Source: Octopus sinensis
Taxonomy: Eukaryota
NCBI RefSeq assembly: GCF_006345805.1
Contig: NW_021828879.1
Location: forward strand, 1 to 7,404
Direction of reading: 5' to 3'
DNA length: 7,404 bases
Both the position numbers and the translations under genes were made by a program. The notes below the pieces were generated by a model. It saw only the letters and a list, made by a program, of their open reading frames with translations. It ran no database searches and was not told where the DNA came from. This document shows, piece after piece, positions 1-6,395 of the stretch. Position 1 is the stretch's first letter; the number at the start of each line of letters is the position of its first letter.

Positions 1-115
1 AAACTCCACGCTTTTTCTCTCTTTGTCGCTTGAAAGAGCAAATACAAAAGGGGACATTCTGAGTAGCAACAAAGTAAAGCATCGCCTTTAAACAAACCCA
101 CAGACCCCCCCCAAC

Positions 116-262
116 CACACACATATACATGTACATACATATATACATACATATATGCATACATACATACATATATATATACACACATACAGATATACGT
201 ATATATTAATAGGAATTGATATATAATATAAAAGAATGAAAGGGTAAATATATGTATACGTA

Positions 263-310
<48 letters not shown>

Positions 311-356
311 AAAATTATATATATATATGTATGTATATATATATATGTATATGTTA
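116..356. repeat. Compound microsatellite (CA)n/(TACA)n/(TA)n
   Basis: Read directly. One AT-rich interruption at about 205-250. Abuts the mariner left TIR. Confidence 0.95.
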
Positions 357-385
357 TGGGTGGTCCGGAAAGTTCGTGCCGATTT
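357..385 (+). repeat. Mariner left terminal inverted repeat
   Basis: TGGGTGGTCCGGAAAGTTCGTGCCGATTT versus the reverse complement of the right end, TTGGGTTGTCCGGAAAGTTCGTGCCGATTT: one deletion and one substitution. Confidence 0.93.
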
Positions 386-537
386 AGAGTAGCTTACCTT
401 TCGACTTAATTTAGAACATGGTTGAGTCCATAAAACAGGATTTGACTACACCTCCATTTAGAGCACAGTTTAAGCTATCTTTTCGTAGAAGAAGGTTTAT
501 ATTCCTATAACATGTGTTAATTCTGAAACCCTTTAAA

Positions 538-1567
538 TTGGAAGATAAGAAATTTCATTTTCGGCACTTGATGCTTTTCTTTTTCCGTAAAGGGGAAAAT
601 ACCTCACAAGCAACCAAAGAAATGTGAGCAGTTTACGATGATGTTTCTTTATCCGAAAGAACTGTACGGAAGTGGTTCGCAATGTTCCTAGCTGGAGATT
701 GTAATCTCATTGATAAAGAGCGATCAGACAGACCATCCACTACAGATGATGTCCAAATCAAGTCATTAATTGAAAATAACCCACATTGCACAACCCAAGA
801 ATTGGCAGAAAGCTTCAATCTATCAAAATCCGTCGTTCATGAGCACCTGCTAAAGCTTGGGTACACAAATCGCTACGATGTTTGGATACCACATGAGTTG
901 AGTGAGAAGAACCTTTTGGATCGCATTTCCATCTGTGATTCGCTTTATAAACAGAATGAAAACGTGACTTTTTTAAAGCAAATTGTGACAGGTGATGAGA
1001 AATGGATTATCTACCGAAATGTTCAGAGAAATCAATCCCGGAGTAAGCGACATGAACCACCCTTAGCCACCCCGAAAGCGGGTCTTCACCCTAAAAAAGT
1101 CTTGCTTTGTGTCTGGTGGGATTGGACAGAAATTCTGTACTATGAGCTTCTCTCAAGTAACCAGACAATTAATTCTGAGAAATACTGCACACAACTAAAC
1201 GAGTTAAAAGCAGCAATTCAAGAGAAACGTCCAGAATTGGCCAACAGGAAGGGTGTTGTTTTCCAACATGATAATGCAAAATCGCATGTTTCTTTGGGAA
1301 CCAAGCACAAATTGCTGCAGCTCGGCTGGGATGTGTTACCCCACCCTCCATATTCATCAGATATTGCTCCTTCTGGTTTCCACTTATTCAGGTCTCTGCA
1401 GAATAGTCTTAATGGTGAAAATTTTCAATACCTTGGATGACGTAAAAAGATACCTTGATGAATTCTTTGCCATGAAACCACCTCAATTCTGGGAAGAGGG
1501 TATTTTCAAGTTAAAGGAAAGATGGAGATGCATTGTGCGACAAAATGGTTCATAATTGGTTGATTAA
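538..1567 (+). pseudogene. Mariner transposase pseudogene
   Basis: The frame runs from TTG at 538 (probably a mutated ATG, context aaaTTGgaa) as EDKKFHFRHLMLFFFRKG. Motifs: WIPHEL, TGDEKW, WWDW, HDNA, PHPPYSSDIAPSG. Lesions: TGA at 625-627; third catalytic D (34 residues after the second) is G (GGT 1375-1377); +1 frameshift at about 1423-1426 into the NTLDDVKRYLDEFF frame; TAA at 1553-1555 before the likely original stop at 1565-1567. Confidence 0.95.
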
Positions 1568-1610
1568 AAATGTAATGGCAAGTATTTATTGGCCTTTTTC
1601 TTTCCTCTAA

Positions 1611-1640
1611 AAATCGGCACGAACTTTCCGGACAACCCAA
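1611..1640 (-). repeat. Mariner right terminal inverted repeat
   Basis: AAATCGGCACGAACTTTCCGGACAACCCAA followed by TA. Confidence 0.95.
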
Positions 1641-1745
1641 TATATGTATATGTATATGTATATATGCATATATATGTGTATTTATGCGTATATATATATG
1701 TATATGTGTAAATATATACATCCAAATATATATATATATATATAA

Positions 1746-1791
<46 letters not shown>

Positions 1792-1795
1792 TATA
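1641..1795. repeat. Compound microsatellite (TATG)/(TA)n/(CA)n
   Basis: Read directly. It is the source of the spurious CVCV/YIYI ORFs. Confidence 0.95.
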
Positions 1796-1797
1796 CC

Positions 1798-1947
1798 ACG
1801 GGTTTCTTTCAGATTCCGTCAACCAAATCCACTCTCAAGGCTTTAGTCGGCCAGAAGCTCTTGCTCAAGGTGCCACGCAGTAGGACTGGACCCAGAACCA
1901 TGTGGTTGCTAAGCAAGCTACTTACCAAGCAACCATTCCTGCGCCTA
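1798..1947 (-). mobile_element. tRNA-derived SINE, type A head module (CORE-like), diverged copy
   Basis: Aligns with 5985-6142, with substitutions and a ~13-bp deletion (atagtagaagaca) near 1859. Degenerate A and B boxes on the minus strand. Confidence 0.85.
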
Positions 1948-1955
1948 CATATATG

Positions 1956-2139
1956 TAGCCGTATTTCGTCTGTCGTTACGTTCCGAGTTCAAATTCCGCC
2001 GAGGTCGACTTTGCCTTTCATCCTTTCGGGGTCGATAAATTAAGTACCAGTTACGCACTGTGGTCGATGTAATCGACTTAATCCCCTTGTCTGTCCTTGT
2101 TTGTCTCCTCTGTGTTTGGCCCTTTGTAGTAAAGAAATA
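1956..2139 (+). mobile_element. tRNA-derived SINE type B (Deu/Nin-like central domain), 5'-truncated
   Basis: Near-identical to 6475-6657. Contains B-box GAGTTCAAATTCC and GCCTTTCATCCTTTCGGGGTCGATAAATTAAGTACCAG. Ends TAAAGAAATA followed by (TA)n. Confidence 0.9.
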
Positions 2140-2159
2140 TATATATATATATATGTATG

Positions 2160-2545
2160 TACGAGCAAAACGCCCCCCCCCGTCCAATGGATGGTGCTGA
2201 ATTGTCAAAAATTTAAACCAAATTTTCTCAACACAACTTGTCCGACCGTCTCATAGGCCTCCCCTTTGAGAAACACTGATTTAATCTAAATTTGAGACAC
2301 CAGCAAAAGAAGAAATAAAGATAGACTTTTTTTCTGCTCCGAGAAAAACGATTTTACAAATGCACCTTCCCACGGCTTTATCGATCGCATTCTCACCTGG
2401 AATCGATTTTTGTAATGTTTTCAAGACTTATACACGCCCTGATACTGTCGGTATCTACATATCGAATTTAACCGCAATCGGATGGAGGATGCCCGAGATC
2501 CTAGAAGACACAGACAGATAGAACGGATTTTATATAATATATATA
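2160..2545 (+). mobile_element. Possible non-autonomous Helitron/HINE-like interspersed element
   Basis: Pattern recognition only. Starts ACGAGCAAAACGCCC; ends with AATCGGATG, then ACACAGACAGATAGA, then TTTTATATA, resembling the 3' architecture of DINE-1/Lep1-type elements. Confidence 0.4.
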
Positions 2546-2547
2546 TA

Positions 2548-2778
2548 TATTTCATTACTACCCACAAGGGCTAAACACAGAGGGGACAAACAAGGACAGG
2601 CAAATGGATTAAGTCGATTACATCGACCCCAGTGCGTAACTGGTACTTAATTTATCGACCCCGAAAGGATGAAAGGCAAAGTCGACCTCGGCGGAATTTT
2701 GAACTCGGAACGTAACGACAGACGAATACCGCTAAGCATTTCGCCGGAGTGCTAACGTTGTGCTAGCTCACCGCTGCC
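2548..2778 (-). mobile_element. tRNA-derived SINE type B, full-length copy
   Basis: The reverse complement aligns end to end with 6430-6657 (GCGGTGAGCTAGCACAACGTTAGCAC through GTAGTAATGAAATA). Confidence 0.92.
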
Positions 2779-2794
2779 CTATCTTATTATTCTA

Positions 2795-2962
2795 TATTAT
2801 TAATATATATATATATGATTATGTATGCATGTATGTATGTATGTATGTATGTATGTATATATGTATGTATATATATATAAGATATAATATATATCGATAT
2901 ATATATATATTATATATACACACACACACATACACACACTCACACACTCACACACCACATTA
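2795..2962. repeat. Compound microsatellite (TATG)n/(TA)n/(CA)n
   Basis: Read directly. Confidence 0.95.
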
Positions 2963-3211
2963 TAAGCGTGCGTCGCTTTTATTGGTCCAACTGTTCACTT
3001 TCGTGTAAAGTGAAGAAACTATTTCATCCTTGAAATTCTGTCTATTTTGTAGTCATGGAAGAGTGAAATTCACCGAATTCCAACGGCATTTTATCTTTTC
3101 TACCTAATCCGGATCTCTTCTGAGTCGTGTTGTTCAATCTAAGATTATTTGGGGCGAAAGACAATGACTCATAGACATTGAAACAATGCTCGGATCATTG
3201 TTTCTCCACAA

Positions 3212-3640
3212 ATCAGAAAGAAGAAAAAAGAACAGAGAGGAGGAGAGAGATGGAGAGAGGGACAGAAGTGGACAGAGGTGGAGAGAGGGAGAGAGGGAGA
3301 GAGGAAAGAGGGAGGGGAGTGAGACAGAGAAAGACGGAGAGTGGTGAGAAAGACAGAGAGAGGGGGGAGAGAAGCAGAGGGAGGGGAATGAGATAGAGAG
3401 AGACAGAGAGAGGGGAGTGAGATAGAGAGAGACAGAGAGAGGGGAGTGAGATAGAGAGAGACGGAGAGAGAGAGGAGAGAGAAGCAGAGGGAGGGGAATG
3501 AGATAGAGAGAGACAGAGAGAGCGAAGAGAAGCAGAGAGAGGAGCGAGTGACAGAGAAAATGGGAGAGAGAGGGGTTGGTGGGAAAGAGGGTGAGAGAGG
3601 AGTGGGTTGGAGATGGCGTGGCTAATAGAGGAGGGAGGGG
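3212..3640 (+). repeat. Purine-rich (GA)n-type low-complexity tract with an embedded 29-bp minisatellite
   Basis: Unit TGAGATAGAGAGAGACAGAGAGAGGGGAG at 3389, 3418 and (partial) 3447. A 46-bp block recurs at 3367 and 3477. Confidence 0.92.
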
Positions 3641-3663
3641 AGCGACCACTTCCCCAGCGATCA

Positions 3664-3763
3664 CCCGAGGCTATAGAAGAAGACATTTGCCTAAGGTGCC
3701 ACGCAGTGGGACTGAACCCGGAACTATGTGGTTGGTAAGCAAGCACACAGCCACTCCTATGCT
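3664..3763 (-). mobile_element. tRNA-derived SINE type A, 5' fragment
   Basis: Matches about 6039-6142 (cccgaggctatag through cagccactcct) with a small internal deletion near 3744. The 3' part is missing. Confidence 0.88.
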
Positions 3764-3832
3764 TATGAATTAAAAAAAAAAACTCTTTAGTTCATCTGTA
3801 CGATAAAAGTCGAATCTCTCTTTTGTTGTAAA

Positions 3833-4073
3833 TTACGTGACCTTGAAAAAACTTTCTGAAGTTATGACTTCACCCGTGGTTTTTGAAATGTCTGCACAAT
3901 CTCATGTGATGTGTTGGTGGTCGCTGACCCATGACGAACCAAACCAAACACTGACGTCATAACCACTCGACACTGGACGACCCCATAGAGTTCCATCTTT
4001 TTTCACGTCACACCTTTGTTAGTAGTTTGTTGCAGAAACATGGAATTGGTGAATGCAGAATACAATTACGTAT
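3833..4073. promoter_or_regulatory. Cluster of CRE/bZIP-type ACGT motifs in non-repetitive sequence
   Basis: TTACGTGA 3833, TGACG 3932, perfect TGACGTCA 3952-3959, TCACGTCA 4003, TTACGTAT 4066. Motif presence only; no functional evidence. Confidence 0.25.
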
Positions 4074-4080
4074 ATTAAGA

Positions 4081-4290
4081 CTCTTTTATTCTTTTACTTG
4101 TTTCAGTCATTTGACTGCGGCCATGCTGGAGCACCGCCTTTAGTCGAGCAAATCGACCCCAGGACTTATTCTTTGTAAGCCTAGTACTTATTCTATCGGC
4201 CTCTCTTGCCGAACCGCTAAGTTACGGGGATGCAAACACACCAGCATCGGTTGTCAAGCGATGTTGTGGGGACAAACACAAACACACACA
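4081..4290 (-). mobile_element. SINE 3' module (type C), probably the 3' half of a composite SINE whose head is at 5985-6142
   Basis: The minus strand has GATAGAATAAGTACTAG and CTGGGGTCGATTTGCTCGACTAAA, related to the type B core, and ends CAAGTAAAAGAATAAAAGAG. It has no tRNA head and runs into (CA)/(TA) repeats toward 4307. Confidence 0.75.
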
Positions 4291-4402
4291 TGTATATATA
4301 TATATATTTTCTGCTGCTTAAAATAAAGCATATTACTCTACCACTGGTATTTGAGTACTCTTTTTTCCACCTTGTTTCACATTTATGTGTTTACTCCGGT
4401 AT

Positions 4403-4440
4403 ATCTATATATAAGATATATATATATATATATATATATA
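4403..4440. repeat. (TA)n tract at the 3' junction of the Penelope-like element
   Basis: Read directly. Confidence 0.95.
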
Positions 4441-4508
4441 AAAAAAGGAAATGAAGAAAATGCTGACAAATAATTGAAGTAATTTTAAGTATTTAATTAG
4501 GTGAAAGT

Positions 4509-4554
4509 TCTTTTTACCGGTTGCGCATTTGTTATGCTTATCAAAATATAAAGA
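4509..4554 (-). ncRNA. Degenerate minimal type I hammerhead ribozyme (PLE type)
   Basis: Minus strand: TCTTTATATT-TTGATAA-GCAT-AACAA-ATGC-GCAA-CCGG-TA-AAAAGA, versus consensus stem I-CUGAUGA-stem II-GAAA-palindromic loop III-UH. Perfect 4-bp stem II and palindromic CCGG loop III, but three core substitutions and a weak stem I. Confidence 0.6.
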
Positions 4555-4570
4555 GAGATTAGAGTCTGTC

Positions 4571-4849
4571 TCTTATATGTGAAAAAAAGAGGCTCCAGAG
4601 TTGTTTTGGATTTGCTAGGTTCGCGCCTAAAATTTTGATTGGTCATTATGAAGGGGTCACGTGAATGTTTGAATGGAAGTGGTGTTGGGGTAAGAAAAAA
4701 GAAAAAGGCTCCAGAGAAGTTAAAATTTGGCTAGTGTCCCGCCTAAAATTTCTTATTGGCCATAATAAAGAGGTCACGTGAATGTTTAGAATTTTCGAAA
4801 ATAGTGTTGTTGAAAATTCTTATTGTTCAGGCTGGTCAGTAGACGTCAT
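4571..4849 (-). promoter_or_regulatory. Putative pseudo-LTR Pol II promoter region
   Basis: In element orientation: TGACGTC (4848-4842), E-box (4781-4773), CCAAT (4759-4755), E-box (4664-4656), CCAAT (4642-4638), TATAAGA (4577-4571), all just upstream of the hammerhead motif. Confidence 0.4.
4581..4812. repeat. Diverged two-copy tandem repeat, period about 116 bp
   Basis: GGCTCCAGAG at 4591 and 4707; GCCTAAAATTT at 4625 and 4741; GTCACGTGAATGTTT at 4656 and 4773. Confidence 0.9.
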
Positions 4850-4940
4850 GTGGATATTTTAAATAGCTTTTTAGCGCGTAGTTAGGGATTGTATTTTCCG
4901 CTTGACTGGATAAGTAAGTTCGTTTAGAACAGGGAGAGCT

Positions 4941-5030
4941 GTATGTATGTATGTGTGTGCGCGCGCGCGCGCGTGTGTGTTTATATGTATGTTGGGGCGG
5001 CGCGCGCGTGTATATATGTGTATGTGTGTG
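4941..5030. repeat. Alternating purine-pyrimidine microsatellite (GTAT)/(GT)/(GC)7
   Basis: (GC)7G at 4959-4973 and CGCGCGCG at 5001-5008. Confidence 0.92.
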
Positions 5031-5259
5031 GGTACAATTTTCAATATTTATAGTTCTGCTGGCCTTGTGCCTGTATCGGGAAGCAACGTATTTGTGTGAA
5101 GTCAATATTTACAGCCATTTCCAAAAAATAGTGTTGGATGTTTTGCACCCGTATTCAATTATGTGTATGTGTGGAACCATATATTTGTGTGTGTCATGGT
5201 GTTAATATCTGGGTAAAGGTGTGTGTAGGGTGTGTGCAGGTGTTTGTTGTGGGTTCGTG

Positions 5260-5848
5260 TTAGGGGCATGTGTTTAGAAGTGGTCTGTATTTATTAATAA
5301 GGTGGGATTCCATGGTTATTCGCTGGGTATGAGTGGCATTGTCTTTAAATTTGTAGAGGGGAAAGATTCTAAAATTGGGATGGAGTTGTGCGGCACAGGT
5401 ATCAATATGTGCACTAAATGCTGTTTTTCTATATTCCTGTATTTTATTTGGGATCTGTGGACAGTCATGCGTTGGCGGAGGCTATTTTTTTTTTGGCCTA
5501 TGTAGTGTTCATTACAGCCCGAGCAAGTTAAGACATATACTAGGTTTTCTGATGCGCATGTGAAGTTGTGTTTTACTGTGAAACGTTGTCCTTGTTTAAA
5601 AAGGAATTCCGGACCTTCTATTAGGTTGATGCATATACCACATTGGGTCTATTGCATTTGTTTACTGTGGGTTTAGTTGTTGTGGTTGGCAGTACTTTGG
5701 CATTTGTTAGGATGGTTTTCAATGATTTGGGTTGCCTTTTGCTCTTTATGATTTCGTGTGTTAGGAGGATTTGGTTCATTCTATGGTCCTTTTGTAATAC
5801 AGGAATGTTCTGGAGGATGGTGTCAAAAGCTTCATTGTTGAGGGGGTT
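5260..5848 (-). pseudogene. Penelope-like linker plus GIY-YIG endonuclease domain, frameshifted; RT domain absent
   Basis: Manual minus-strand translation across two frameshifts (about 5642 and 5441): NPLNNEAFDTILQNIPVLQKD...KSKRQPKSLKTILTNAK...KCNRPN/CGICINLIEGPEFLFKQGQRFTVKHNFTCASENLVYVLTCSGCNEHYIGQKKNSLRQRMTVHRSQIK/QEYRKTAFSAHIDTCAAQLHPNFRIFPLYKFKDNATHTQRITMESHLINKYRPLLNTCP*. It shows VY...YIG (YIG at 5504-5496), conserved R, H, E and N, and the Cys motifs of PLE endonucleases. Confidence 0.93.
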
Positions 5849-5984
5849 GGTAAAAAGAACTTTCACTTAATTAAATTACTTAAATTACTTCAATTATTTG
5901 TCAGCATTTTCTTCATTTCCTTTTTTATATATCACCACTCGTGTTCGACATCTCCTTTTTTAATATATATATATACATATATAT

Positions 5985-6142
5985 GACGGGCTTCTTTCAG
6001 TTTCCGGCTACCAAATCCACTCACAAGGCTTTGGTCAGCCCGAGGCTATAGTAGAAGACACTTGCCCAAGGTGCCACGCAGTGGGACTGAACCCGGAACC
6101 ATGTGGTTGGTAAGCAAGCTACTTACCACACAGCCACTCCTG
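5985..6142 (-). mobile_element. tRNA-derived SINE type A head module (CORE-like), best-preserved copy
   Basis: A-box TGGCTGTGTGG (6136-6126), B-box GGTTCAGTCCC (6093-6083), CORE-like CACCTTGGGCAAGTGTCTT, then GAAAGAAGCCCGTC running into (TA)n at 5962-5984. Confidence 0.9.
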
Positions 6143-6395
6143 TAATGAAATATTTCGCGTAATATAAGAGAAATGAATTAAAAATTGTTTGGTATGTGTC
6201 ACGGCGCCTATTTTTTATTTGTTCTCTCCCACTAACTTTACAGTCTAGCAACGCTACTGGTTTCGGCCTTAATTTGCTGAGTGTATATCTGTTAAATCGA
6301 ACTGCTTCCTGTTCTTCTGTATATTACTTCCCCCAACAGAAAGCTAGAGACCGTCGCGACACATTGGCGAACCGACGTGACACATTAGCCTTAAT

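Larger units (their letters stand above)
357..1640 (+). mobile_element. Full-length mariner (Tc1/mariner, DD34D) DNA transposon, mellifera-subfamily-like, inactive
   Basis: Inverted terminal repeats at 357-385 and 1611-1640, flanked by TA at 355-356 and 1641-1642. Length 1284 bp, typical of mariner. Contains a disrupted transposase. Confidence 0.96.
4435..5932 (-). mobile_element. 5'-truncated Penelope-like retroelement with an inverted terminal arm
   Basis: GIY-YIG endonuclease remnant at 5260-5848 (minus); downstream pseudo-LTR-like region with a hammerhead-like motif; ~84-bp inverted repeats at 4435-4518 and 5849-5932; both ends lie in ATATAT sequence. Confidence 0.88.

Noticed and set aside
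633-1357. Minus-strand ORFs 633-818 and 1169-1357
   Set aside because: Antisense shadows of the transposase with no recognisable motifs.
682-1440. 252-aa ORF as an intact transposase gene
   Set aside because: It is the middle of a pseudogene: upstream stop at 625, third catalytic Asp changed to Gly, and a frameshift near 1425.
1506-2208. ORFs 1506-1781, 1564-1785, 1684-2043 and 1945-2208
   Set aside because: Translations of microsatellites and SINEs (CVCV, YIYI, HTHT).
2760-3773. ORFs 2760-3008, 3134-3664, 3178-3396, 3213-3746 and 3576-3773
   Set aside because: Low-complexity LSLS/RERE peptides from simple repeats that lack stop codons, plus SINE sequence.
4025-4078. Exon after TTTGTTGCAG encoding MELVNAEYNYVY
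   Set aside because: Very short, weak donor, and no recognisable homology.
4462-4510. Plus-strand hammerhead-like CTGACAA...GAAA
   Set aside because: The core lacks G8, has extra unpaired bases before GAAA, no stem III/UH or stem I partner, and is antisense to the PLE.
5621-5866. ORF start MKVLF as the true PLE protein start
   Set aside because: The GTG start lies inside the inverted arm. Real coding homology begins at about 5848 and continues past 5621 after a frameshift.
4836-5870. ORFs 4836-5105, 4951-5205, 5302-5505, 5375-5563 and 5643-5870
   Set aside because: Microsatellite translations or antisense frames of the PLE endonuclease.
4435-5932. A cut-and-paste DNA transposon or MITE defined by 84-bp TIRs
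   Set aside because: The interior is a truncated PLE endonuclease plus pseudo-LTR, and the repeat derives from the PLE terminus. No DDE transposase or clear target duplication.
6215-6243. Splice acceptor CACTAACTTTACAG
   Set aside because: The branch-like motif is unusually close to the AG, and no convincing exon or donor follows.
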